Positions 7,804 through 16,516 of a stretch of DNA of 61,356 bases are shown piece by piece. The position numbers and the translations under genes were made by a program. The DNA comes from Chloroflexota bacterium. Lineage in GTDB: Bacteria; Chloroflexota; Chloroflexia; QHBQ01. Within the stretch, counting starts at the first letter, position 1. Each line of letters begins with the position of its first letter. The notes under the pieces were generated by a model. The model was not told the DNA's origin. It saw only the letters and a program-made list of their open reading frames with translations, and ran no database searches. The stretch lies in the NCBI GenBank assembly GCA_043754535.1, contig JAYUUN010000010.1, positions 1-61,356 on the forward strand, given 5' to 3'.

Positions 7804-9552
7804 ATGGCTGACCCTAACCTGAACCAACCCGACGCAGCCCACGCCTGGGGCGAACTGCCCCTCAGCCTCGTGCGCGAGTGGACCCCCCTGCTCAAGCCAA
7901 CGGGCAGTGGCCTGCTACTCACCATCCATGCCTGGGAGGACACCAATCCTCGCTCCCCCTTCTACGGCTGGATGCACGCCTCCCAGGAACGGCTAGCCGC
8001 CTACTGCGACACTGGCCGCACCACTATCATCCGCTACCGCGACCTGCTCAAGCTCTGCGGCCTAATCGAGGAGCGACAGGTCAGTGACCGCCGCAGCCGC
8101 ATGAAGCTACACCAGAACGTCTACCGCGTCAATCGCGCCCCTGTGCTACCCAGCCACGGCCTGCTAGAGTATCTCCTATTTGACGCTGACGAGTGGACAC
8201 GCAAGCACACCGCCTGGCTGCTTACCACCTACCAACCGCTGGTCGAGGAGAGCGAGCTAGGCCGCCTGCTAGCCGCCATGCGCCGCAGCTACGAGACTCA
8301 GCTAACCAGCAGTGGGACGCTGGAGGTCGTCAGCGGCAAGCGGCTCAGCGAGGCGCACAGCTTCGCCGCCCGCTTGCTCGGCCAGCAACTCGGTCAGCAA
8401 GCCACCCTGCCGGTCGCTATCTGGCAGGCAGCCGCTCCCCTGCAAGGGGTGGCCCCTGCTGCCGACAACACCGCCCTCGCTAGCCATCCCCAGCCGACCA
8501 TTGTTTCAGCAGTGGACAGTGCTACTTTCGTAGCCGCTGGCTATGCCCATGCCAGCCACATCAGTGTGCCACCAGTGAACAATGCCGTCCCTTCCTACCG
8601 CCCCACCGCCAGCAGCGATGTGCCACCAGGAGTCAGTGGCCCCGGCAGTGCTGTTTCACCAGGAGTCAGTAATAACGTTAACGTTGATTCAGTCTTTAAC
8701 GTAAAAGATCATAATAACGTTAACGTTGCAAGTGACCACACCAACCTGCTAGCAATCGCCACCAGCGGCGCACAACAAATCAGCGACGAACACAGCCTCA
8801 ACTGGCACCTGGTCTGTGCCACCCGCCTCGGCGTGCCACTCTACCAGCAACTCGTCAGCAGCACCCGCAAGGCACTGGATGCGGGCAAGGTCAAGCGTGG
8901 TGGAGCCTACTTCACGAAGGCAGCCCTCGCTGCTGCCAGCCAACGCGGCCTCGCCCTTGAGTCTGCTGCTAGCAAGAGTCCTGGCAATGGCAATTCACAA
9001 ACTGACCCGGCTGGGGTATTGCAAAATGCCCCACAGTCGTGGTATGATACAAATCACAGGGCGACTCATCCCCCGCCAGCGAGCAGCGATGTATCAGCAG
9101 TGAACAATGCCAGCAGCGGGTTTGTGTCCAACTTCAGCGGTTACCAGGACAGCGTACCAGCCACACACAGCACGGTAGCAAGCAGCAATGTGCCACAAGT
9201 GAACAATGCTATACAGAGCGGCCCACACCTGCTCCAACCCAGCAATGTGCCACAAGTGAACAATGCTATTGACACCCTGCCCGGCCTCGACGAGACTAGC
9301 AGCGCAACGGCACGGCAACTGTGGTGCGCCGTACAGTACGAGATGCAAGGCCGCCTGAGCAATACCGCCTGGCAAAGCTGGCTGTCGCAGACCCGCGTCG
9401 TTGGTAGAGAAGACGGCACCCTGCTGATTGGCGGCCCTAGTAGCAACATGGCACGAGCGATGGTGGATCGCTATGGCGAAGAAGTAGTCACCGTCGCCCA
9501 TGAGATGGCGGGTCGCAAGCTCCCGATCCGCTTCGTCGCCCGCCTGACCTGA
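7804..9552 (+). CDS. Putative replication initiator: N-terminal winged HTH, central helical domain, C-terminal DnaA domain-I-like region
   Basis: SQERLAAYCDTGRTTIIRYRDLLKLCGLIE (wHTH); KVKRGGAYFT; QLWCAVQYEMQGRLSNTAWQSWLSQT..LLIGGPS (DnaA_N-like); lies near parAB. Confidence 0.7.
   Translation: MADPNLNQPDAAHAWGELPLSLVREWTPLLKPTGSGLLLTIHAWEDTNPRSPFYGWMHASQERLAAYCDTGRTTIIRYRDLLKLCGLIEERQVSDRRSRMKLHQNVYRVNRAPVLPSHGLLEYLLFDADEWTRKHTAWLLTTYQPLVEESELGRLLAAMRRSYETQLTSSGTLEVVSGKRLSEAHSFAARLLGQQLGQQATLPVAIWQAAAPLQGVAPAADNTALASHPQPTIVSAVDSATFVAAGYAHASHISVPPVNNAVPSYRPTASSDVPPGVSGPGSAVSPGVSNNVNVDSVFNVKDHNNVNVASDHTNLLAIATSGAQQISDEHSLNWHLVCATRLGVPLYQQLVSSTRKALDAGKVKRGGAYFTKAALAAASQRGLALESAASKSPGNGNSQTDPAGVLQNAPQSWYDTNHRATHPPPASSDVSAVNNASSGFVSNFSGYQDSVPATHSTVASSNVPQVNNAIQSGPHLLQPSNVPQVNNAIDTLPGLDETSSATARQLWCAVQYEMQGRLSNTAWQSWLSQTRVVGREDGTLLIGGPSSNMARAMVDRYGEEVVTVAHEMAGRKLPIRFVARLT
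8502..9266 (+). repeat. Seven degenerate 21-bp iteron-like repeats inside the initiator gene
   Basis: Starts at 8502, 8565, 8619, 8652, 9090, 9189, 9246; e.g. TGTGCCACAAGTGAACAATGC, TGTATCAGCAGTGAACAATGC, TGTTTCACCAGGAGTCAGTAA. Confidence 0.65.
8670..8728. other. AT-rich segment with two AACGTTAACGTT palindromes (candidate DNA-unwinding element)
   Basis: TAATAACGTTAACGTTG occurs twice, directly after repeat 4, in otherwise GC-rich DNA. Confidence 0.5.
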
Positions 9553-9659
9553 AGTGGTAGCACCCGGCCTCTCCCCTGCGAGAGGATGGGTTGGGCAGGA
9601 AGTGAGCAGCGCGACGGCCATAGCCTAGCCGCCAAAGGTAGCACTGTGCCACTAAGATT

Positions 9660-9941
9660 CTAAAATAGCCTGGGGAAGAAGCGGTAGAGCAAGCCGCCCA
9701 ACAGCAGCAGCAGCGTAGCAGCAAGCAGGCTGGCGAAATCCAGCCCCGGCGTACCAACATAGGGAGCGGCAAAGAACGGCTGGCACGGCGCGGCCACCAG
9801 TCCGCCCGCGGCCAGCAGCCAGCCAACCAGCGGGCTAGTGGGGTCAGACCCCACCGCCCGCAACACAAAGCGGCAGACCAGCAGCGCAAGCAGCACGGTC
9901 AACAACAAGCGCAGCGGCGCGATGCGGAAGGTACGTATCAT
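9660..9941 (-). CDS. Small membrane protein, YggT-like
   Basis: LLVCRFVLRAVGSDPTSPLVGWL..PFF..LDFASLLA pattern; ATG 9941 lies 7 nt after TGTGCTATAAT. Confidence 0.6.
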   Translation of the reverse strand: MIRTFRIAPLRLLLTVLLALLVCRFVLRAVGSDPTSPLVGWLLAAGGLVAAPCQPFFAAPYVGTPGLDFASLLAATLLLLLGGLLYRFFPRLF

Positions 9942-10283
9942 TGCCGCATTATAGCACATCTGCCACCCCGGTCGGGCCATGACCCGGGCAGCAGCCAACA
10001 AGCAGCAATACAGCCCCCGTAGTAGGCCATGACTACGCGGCTGGTGAGGTAGAACGCTGGAAGGGCAGCAGGAGAGGCTATGAGCATGACACTTGAAGAC
10101 CGCGTGCGGGTCGCCGCCATACGCGACGGCTGGCAACTAGATCGGGTTAGCTACCACAAGAGCAGGCTACCGTTGCGCCCAGACAGCGTAGCCGAAGAAG
10201 GTATCCTCCTGCTCCTGCTAGCCCTCAACCGCGAGCTAACCGCCCGCGAGAGCAGGCAGCTAGTGGCACTGCGCCTGGTGCGC

Positions 10284-10541
10284 TTACCGCCGCCGCTGAC
10301 CGCCGCGCAGGAACGCCCCTACTACAATGCCAACGAACAGCCAGAAGGCGATGAACAGCACGCTGCTCAAGCCGTTGGCGATCATCAGCACCAGCAGCAC
10401 CGCCGCTACGATCAGCGCGCTGCCGACTGCCGCCGGGCGCACATACGCCCCGCGCAATGCCGCCATCTCCAACAGATAGCGGCCCAGGTAGAGGCCGCCG
10501 CCAAAGATGATCGCCGCCAGGATAATAGTTAGAATGTCCAT
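10284..10541 (-). CDS. Small hypothetical membrane protein (about 3 TM)
   Basis: Hydrophobic 85-aa ORF with RBS AAGGAGGG. Confidence 0.65.
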   Translation of the reverse strand: MDILTIILAAIIFGGGLYLGRYLLEMAALRGAYVRPAAVGSALIVAAVLLVLMIANGLSSVLFIAFWLFVGIVVGAFLRGGQRRR

Positions 10542-10676
10542 AGTTTCTCAATCCCTCCTTCTGGTTGCAGGTCTACCCTTGCGCTCGATAGCAGCCGCTT
10601 GCCGCTCAGTCGTCCCCAATCGCGCAGCAACCTGGCACAGGCCGGTGCGCTCGGCTAGCCACTAGCACAGCCAACC

Positions 10677-11570
10677 CTACTCCGAGCCGCCGTCCCCGCC
10701 GCCGCCCTCCTTGCTGATCGCCGCCAGGAAGGGCGCAATTTGCTCCTGCACCCCTGGGTCGATTTGCTGCGCCCGCGCTAGTATCGGCTCCGCCTCGTCA
10801 TAGCGGCCCAGCAGAGCCAGAGCCATACCCTCGCCTGCCATCGCCTGCGCGTTCTCTGGGTCTAGCCCTGTCGCCCGCGTGAAATCGGCCAACGCCCGCT
10901 CGTAATCGCCCTGCGCCCCGTAAGTGCGCGCCCGGTTGTAGTAAGCATCCGCGTACTGCGGGTCGAGCGCAACCGCCTGGTTGTAGTCGGCCAACGCCTC
11001 GGCTAGCTTGTTCGCCAACAGGTAGCAAGACCCCCGGTTGTTGAACGAGTCCGCGTCAGTCATCCCCAATTCGATAGCCCGCGTAAAGTCGCCCGCCGCC
11101 TGCTCAAAGTGGCCCAACTCCGCGTTACATAGCGCACGACCGTAATACGGCTGCCCCTCGCCTGGTGAGAGCGAGATGTAGGTGTCGAAGTCGGCCACCG
11201 CCTGCTGCAACTGGCCCGCCTGCATATAAGCCACCCCCCGGTTGTTGTAGGCCTTGACGAAGGTGGGGTCGAGCAAGAGAGCCTGGTTGTAATCCGCAAT
11301 TGCCAGGTTGAACTTCTCTTGCTCCGCATAGCAGATGCCCCGGTAGAGGTAAGCCTCGGTCGCCTCTGGGGTGATGTTCAGCACCGCAGTGAAGTCGGCA
11401 ATCGCCGCTGCCAGGTCGCCCACCTCGTAGTAAACAGCCCCGCGCTCAAACAGCTTCTCCGCATCCCCCGGCTGCTCGGCCAGGGCAGCATCCAGCGCGC
11501 CCAGTTGTAGAGCCAGCCGCTCCTGCTCCTCCGCCTCAAGCGGTACTGCATAGTGCTGCAAGCGATTCAT
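10677..11570 (-). CDS. Tetratricopeptide-repeat protein
   Basis: Repeated AYxNRG...A..DYNQA..LDP units. Confidence 0.9.
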   Translation of the reverse strand: MNRLQHYAVPLEAEEQERLALQLGALDAALAEQPGDAEKLFERGAVYYEVGDLAAAIADFTAVLNITPEATEAYLYRGICYAEQEKFNLAIADYNQALLLDPTFVKAYNNRGVAYMQAGQLQQAVADFDTYISLSPGEGQPYYGRALCNAELGHFEQAAGDFTRAIELGMTDADSFNNRGSCYLLANKLAEALADYNQAVALDPQYADAYYNRARTYGAQGDYERALADFTRATGLDPENAQAMAGEGMALALLGRYDEAEPILARAQQIDPGVQEQIAPFLAAISKEGGGGDGGSE

Positions 11571-11736
11571 CAGCCCTCCTCAATCCCTCTTTGCTAGGAA
11601 CGCCCAACCCACGCTCTCAAGTTGGCCGCCACTGCCCTGCACGCCAAGCGCGGTGCAAGCTCCCTACCCACGTCCGTTGAGCAGGCTGCTGCTCGCTCTC
11701 CCTCGTCGCTCGGCTCACCCAGGCAGCCCTTCTTGG

Positions 11737-12051
11737 CTAGCGATAAGGTCGGCCCCGGCCACGCCCCTTCGAGCCGCCAAACAAGTCAGCGATGAAGATG
11801 ACCACAAACGCCCCCACCGTCGCCACGATGATGCTACCGATGCCGTTGAACAGGTTGCCGCCGATGCCGAGTTGGCGGAAAAGCCAGCCGCCCACTATCG
11901 CCCCGACGATGCCCAGCACCGTGTTGCCCAGGCAGCCGTAGCCGCGCCCGCGATAGAGATTGCCCGCAATCCAGCCTGCTAGTGCGCCGACGATCAGCCA
12001 GCCCAGCCAGCTACCGTCCAGGCGGATGCCGCCCCCAATGTAGATGTCCAC
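11737..12051 (-). CDS. GlsB/YeaQ/YmgE (transglycosylase-associated) membrane protein
   Basis: WLIVGALAGWIA..GYGCLGNTVLGIVGAIVGGWLF; GTG 12051 after RBS AAGGAGG. Confidence 0.85.
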   Translation of the reverse strand: MDIYIGGGIRLDGSWLGWLIVGALAGWIAGNLYRGRGYGCLGNTVLGIVGAIVGGWLFRQLGIGGNLFNGIGSIIVATVGAFVVIFIADLFGGSKGRGRGRPYR

Positions 12052-12262
12052 TATGCCCCTCCTTGCCACTAATCTAGCTTGTGCAAGACTGTGGGCTAGA
12101 TGTTTCACTCCTCGCGGCTCGGCCTACCCTTCGCCGGGATCGCCTTCTTCGGGCGCAAATCCTGCATCCGCACCTTGCCGCACGCTGGGCAGAGCCACTT
12201 GCGGTGCTTGTGGAAGCTGCGCTTCTCCTCGACCATCGGTGTGCGACAACGCGGGCAGGTCA

Positions 12263-13246
12263 CTACGCCTCGCTGCTGCTGGGGTCGCGCATCTCGGCCA
12301 GCGCAGACAGCATCATCTGGAAGCTACCCTGCTCCACCTCACCCATCTGCGCCACCGCCCCCGCAATCTCGCCGGGGCCAACCTCGTCCACCATGTCGCC
12401 GAAGCGGGTCAGCACTGCGCCAGCAAGCTCCACATCCTGCAAGCTAGCCGCATTGCTGAAGGCCGCCGTCAACGCGCCCAGGGCCGCAGCGTGGTCGCCG
12501 CTTTGCAGCGCAGCCTCAGCCGCCGCCTGGTTCTCGGCAATATGGGCGCGAATCTCTGGCTCATGCTCCTCAATCGTGCGCTGCTGCAACATCTGCATCA
12601 CGGCGATCAACCACTGGCGGTGCTGGTCGTCAAGCTGGTTGGCGGCCTCAGCCACCTGCGCCTGATCCAGGGTTTGCAGTAGGCCGACGAAGTTCGCCAA
12701 CGCCGCCTCGCGCTCCTCATCCTGATCCAGCACAATGTAGATCACCGCCGCCTCGACGTAGCCAGCCAGGGCGTTCACCGTCTCGCCACTAGCCTCGGCC
12801 AGCTTCGCCGCCTCAAGCTGGCTGCTCGCCTGCCCCAGCATAGCAGCCTGCTGCTCTGGCGGCATATTGGCGGCGTTCATCAGTTGGCCGTCGTCCTCAT
12901 CCTCATCGTCGCTCGCGCTGTCGCCGTCCATTTGGCGCACCAGGCTGACGATCATATCCAGCATCTCGCGGTGCTGCTCGTCAAGCTCGCCGCGCACCCC
13001 CTCGAACTCGTCCTCGTCCAGGGTCTGCACAAACTGCACCAGGGTGGTCAAGGCCTCGGTCGCTCGCTCATCACGCAAGGCCAGGTAGAGGTAAGCCGCC
13101 TCGGTGTAGTTGCTGACCGCCGCTGCCTTGTCACCTGCACCCTCTGCCGCCTGCCCCGCGTCGAAAGCGGTAGCCGCCTGCGCCACGATATTCTCCTGAT
13201 CTGCCGCGCTAAGTTGCTGCTCGTCCTGCTCGTCCTGCTCGTACAC
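12263..13246 (-). CDS. Acidic helical-repeat hypothetical protein
   Basis: 327 aa, D/E/A-rich, RBS AAGGAG, three ~90-aa internal repeats. Confidence 0.7.
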   Translation of the reverse strand: MYEQDEQDEQQLSAADQENIVAQAATAFDAGQAAEGAGDKAAAVSNYTEAAYLYLALRDERATEALTTLVQFVQTLDEDEFEGVRGELDEQHREMLDMIVSLVRQMDGDSASDDEDEDDGQLMNAANMPPEQQAAMLGQASSQLEAAKLAEASGETVNALAGYVEAAVIYIVLDQDEEREAALANFVGLLQTLDQAQVAEAANQLDDQHRQWLIAVMQMLQQRTIEEHEPEIRAHIAENQAAAEAALQSGDHAAALGALTAAFSNAASLQDVELAGAVLTRFGDMVDEVGPGEIAGAVAQMGEVEQGSFQMMLSALAEMRDPSSSEA

Positions 13247-13484
13247 AGTAATCTCCTTTTGTTTTTCGCGCCTTCACCGCGCTAAGGTCGCGCAATATTT
13301 GGTGGCAATTGCAATCATACCCCATGCCCCCAGCCGCGTCAAGCATTGGCGTACTGGGCTGGCAAGGCTGATCGTGCGCCATCCACTGCCTGCGACTCAC
13401 TCCATCCGTTGCAGCAATCCATTGGCTGATAGCCGCCCCAAGCATGAACTCTCATGCAGAGCGCATGGTGGTCAGCCACCCGCC

Positions 13485-14393
13485 CTAAGCATAAGGATGC
13501 TCACCCTGGCGCAGCCCCTCGCTGAAGAAGCTGGTCATCCGCTCCACATACTGCTCGCGGTCGGCGAAGTAGCCGCCACAATGCTCTACTCCCTCCAACC
13601 GCCAGAGTGCCTTTGGCTGGCCCGCCGCTGCATACAGCTTCTCCTGCTCACTAAAGTAGCAGGTGGTGTCGGCAGTGCCACCGACGATCAGCAGCGGGCG
13701 CGGGCTAATCTGGCTCACCACTTGCAGCGGCACCACTGCCCCCAGCCGATAACCAGCCCGCCACTGCACCAGCCACTCGGCTACGTCCATGAAGGGGAAG
13801 GTTGGCAGGTGGGTTTTGGCCCGAAAGATATTGCCCACCGTCGTCTTCAGTTCGGCGAAAGGGCCGTCCACTGCCACCGCCCGCACCCGCTCGTCCACCG
13901 CCGCACCGAGGATGGTGGTCGCCCCACCCATGCTGAAGCCCAGCGCACCCACCCGCGCGCCGGGAAAGCGGTCGCACACGAAGTCCACCGCTGCTCGCCA
14001 GTCGCCAACTTCTGCGTGGCCGAGCGTAGTCATCGCCGGGTCGCTCTGGCCCTGCCCGCGATAGTCGAATAGCAGCACATTGAAGCCCCGCCGCCAGAGC
14101 CAGGTGCCGATCCCCACCAACTGATCCTTGCTGCCGTTGAAGCCACTACAGGCGACGATCACCCGCTGCTCGTCCGGGTGGCTGAACAGCCAGCCCGCCA
14201 GCCGTAGACCGTCCGCGCTGGCGAAGGTCACTTCCTCAAAGGGAACGTTCATATCCCAGGGATTGAGCGTGTAGTCGCCGTCCAGGGCGGGCTTGGGCTT
14301 GACCGTCAGGCTGCGGGCCACGTAGTCCGCTACCCCTACCGTGCCAGCCGCCAGCGCAGCCGCCGCCAGCAACAAGCCATCTCGTAGCTTCAT
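13485..14393 (-). CDS. Alpha/beta-fold hydrolase with N-terminal anchor
   Basis: FDYRGQGQS, nucleophile elbow GFSMGG, catalytic D/H region GTADT..GVEH. Confidence 0.88.
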   Translation of the reverse strand: MKLRDGLLLAAAALAAGTVGVADYVARSLTVKPKPALDGDYTLNPWDMNVPFEEVTFASADGLRLAGWLFSHPDEQRVIVACSGFNGSKDQLVGIGTWLWRRGFNVLLFDYRGQGQSDPAMTTLGHAEVGDWRAAVDFVCDRFPGARVGALGFSMGGATTILGAAVDERVRAVAVDGPFAELKTTVGNIFRAKTHLPTFPFMDVAEWLVQWRAGYRLGAVVPLQVVSQISPRPLLIVGGTADTTCYFSEQEKLYAAAGQPKALWRLEGVEHCGGYFADREQYVERMTSFFSEGLRQGEHPYA

Positions 14394-14452
14394 CTAATCT
14401 CCTATCCTTACCACCAACCGCTATTTTGCACCAATAATCGGCTAGCCCGCAG

Positions 14453-15391
14453 CTAGAACAAGGTCGCCCCGCTCGGTAGGTAGCGATCCATCTGGCCGAA
14501 GGGCTGGCTGGTGAGAAAGAAGCTGTGGACATCGCTGATCACGAAGCGTTCGCCCAGCAGCAGACGCACCGCTGGGATGTTGACCGCTGGCACGTCGAGG
14601 AAGACACGGTTGTAGCCTTGCCGCGCCGCCCAGCCTAGAGCGTAGCCCAGCACAGGCCCAACATCCTCTGACCGCTCGGCCACCAGCGGGCCAATCACCC
14701 CCCAGTTGCTGACGTAACTATACGCCACAAGCTGGCCCTCGCGCCAGTAGAGTTGACCGCCAAAGTTGTTGCTGCCCACATAGCCCAGCCAGAACGAGTG
14801 ATCCTGCCAGCGGGCTGCCCCCCGCACTTGCCGATCCAGCCGTTCTAGCCCAGCCCGGATACGGCCATCCTGGGTCATGCCCGCAGTCAGCGGCTGCACG
14901 CTGAGACCGTAGCGGTCGGGCAACTGGTAGTCGCGCAGCCGCTGCGGGTCGCCGTTCATCCGCCAGATCGGGAACTGGGCATACATCCCACTGCGTTGGT
15001 AGAGGGTGAGGGCGCGGGCATCGTCCGAGGCATAAACGAAGCAGCTCTGGTAGCGGTCGCGGCCATACTGCAAGGCCCGCGCTAGCAGGTTGCTGCCAAT
15101 GCCCTGGCCCTGCGCCTGCGGGTGAACCCAGAAGCCAGAGAGGAACCAGGTGCCACCGCGCAGCACTGCCGCCGCCCAACCCAGCACCCGCCCACCCCGA
15201 TCACTTGCCAGCCACCAGCCCGGCCCGTCCTCGCGCAAGAGATAGTACCGTTGCCAGTCATAATGCTGCTGCGGGCGATCCAGTATCTGCCGCCCACGCC
15301 GCTGGTCGAGGTCAGCCACTGCCGCCATGAAAGTCGCGTGTATCCCGCCCAGGTCGGCCTCCGTCACCTGCCGATAGCTAATCCGCTCCAT
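14453..15391 (-). CDS. Two-domain GNAT N-acetyltransferase
   Basis: FWVHPQAQGQGIGSNLL acetyl-CoA motif; second domain IGPLVA. Confidence 0.8.
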   Translation of the reverse strand: MERISYRQVTEADLGGIHATFMAAVADLDQRRGRQILDRPQQHYDWQRYYLLREDGPGWWLASDRGGRVLGWAAAVLRGGTWFLSGFWVHPQAQGQGIGSNLLARALQYGRDRYQSCFVYASDDARALTLYQRSGMYAQFPIWRMNGDPQRLRDYQLPDRYGLSVQPLTAGMTQDGRIRAGLERLDRQVRGAARWQDHSFWLGYVGSNNFGGQLYWREGQLVAYSYVSNWGVIGPLVAERSEDVGPVLGYALGWAARQGYNRVFLDVPAVNIPAVRLLLGERFVISDVHSFFLTSQPFGQMDRYLPSGATLF

Positions 15392-15554
15392 AGCCCATCC
15401 TCTCCGCCGCCCGTCATCCTACCTCTCACCGCACTCTGTGTGCCACCACTACTTTGCTGAGCGCGCTACCGCAACCTGCGAGGGCTTATCTGTTGCCTCA
15501 ATCCAGCGGCTGGGTTACCGTGATGCCCAAGCCTGCAAAAGCGTGGTGCAAACC

Positions 15555-15583
15555 TTGCATAAACGCTGTACAAGTGCTATAAT
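15555..15583 (+). promoter_or_regulatory. Sigma70-type promoter
   Basis: TTGCAT, 17 bp, TGC-TATAAT. Confidence 0.6.
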
Positions 15584-15611
15584 GGGCTGGTGAGAAGGAT
15601 GGTATAAAGTA

Positions 15612-16445
15612 ATGGCAAAGATTGTTATTGTCGAAGATAACAGCGAAGTTACCAGGTTCCTGAGCGAAGTGTTGACCAGTCAGGGCCACCAGGTGGTCAC
15701 CAGCGACGAGGCGCACGCCTTCAGCCAGGTGCAGCGTGAACGGCCCGACATCGCTGTACTTGACCTGACCGTGTGGCGGGCTGCTGGTTCGCAGTTCGTC
15801 GAGCAAGTCCGTAGCGACAAGCTGACCTGTGACACGACCGTGCTAGTCTGGGCCGTGACCGCCGAGCAACTACGCAGCCAGCTAGCGGCTCTGCTGGGCG
15901 AAGACATTATTGCGGACGAGCAACACGGCCTGTTCGACTGGGCCGACGAACGCTACAGCCTGGCGGCTGAACTGAAGCAGCACATCAGCGAACTGGTAGA
16001 GCGCATCAACCAGGCTCTGCCCCCCGCCCGCCTGCCCGCTCCGGATGTGGACCTGCCAATCCCCGCCAACGCAGACCTGCGCCAGCTACTTAGTGGCGGC
16101 TGGTTGGAGCAGGCCGCCCTGACCAGCCTGATCGAACAGCTAACCTCCTTCTGCGCGTTGGAGGTCGCTGCCCTCTATGCGGTGCAGCCGATCATGCTGT
16201 TGCGCCCCAGCGAACTCGCCCTACTAGGCTACCACTTCGGCGAAGCGCAGGCTGCCATGTTCGACCTCGCTCGCCTCGGCCTGCTGGAGCCGCTGGCCGC
16301 CATCGAGGACACTGAGTTTGGCCTGCCAGTCGGGGCCGCCCAGCACGACCTGCTGTGCCAACTGGATGCCGCCATGCAAGAGCCAGAGCTACGGCGCGAA
16401 ATGGCCTACCAGGTACTCCGCCAGGAGCGCGCCCAGCTAACCTGA
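15612..16445 (+). CDS. Response-regulator receiver-domain protein with unrecognised C-terminal domain
   Basis: KIVIVEDN, RPDIAVLDL. Confidence 0.7.
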   Translation: MAKIVIVEDNSEVTRFLSEVLTSQGHQVVTSDEAHAFSQVQRERPDIAVLDLTVWRAAGSQFVEQVRSDKLTCDTTVLVWAVTAEQLRSQLAALLGEDIIADEQHGLFDWADERYSLAAELKQHISELVERINQALPPARLPAPDVDLPIPANADLRQLLSGGWLEQAALTSLIEQLTSFCALEVAALYAVQPIMLLRPSELALLGYHFGEAQAAMFDLARLGLLEPLAAIEDTEFGLPVGAAQHDLLCQLDAAMQEPELRREMAYQVLRQERAQLT

Positions 16446-16466
16446 GCCGCTGTCGCCACAAACAAC

Positions 16467-16497
16467 AAGGGGAGTGCTAAGCAGCACCCCCTCTTTT
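16467..16497 (+). terminator. Intrinsic terminator between convergent genes
   Basis: GGGGAGTGCT/AGCACCCCC stem followed by TCTTTT. Confidence 0.6.
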
Positions 16498-16516
16498 GCG
16501 CCCCAGCTATGCGCGC

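Noticed and set aside
1946..9552. Prophage or ICE interpretation of the rep/par module
   Set aside because: No integrase, att repeats, structural or conjugation genes are visible, and composition resembles the flanks.
10080..10532. 150-aa plus-strand ORF with an apparent RBS
   Set aside because: It overlaps the better-supported minus-strand membrane gene by about 250 bp and shows no recognisable domain. Its 5' part might still be a real or truncated gene.
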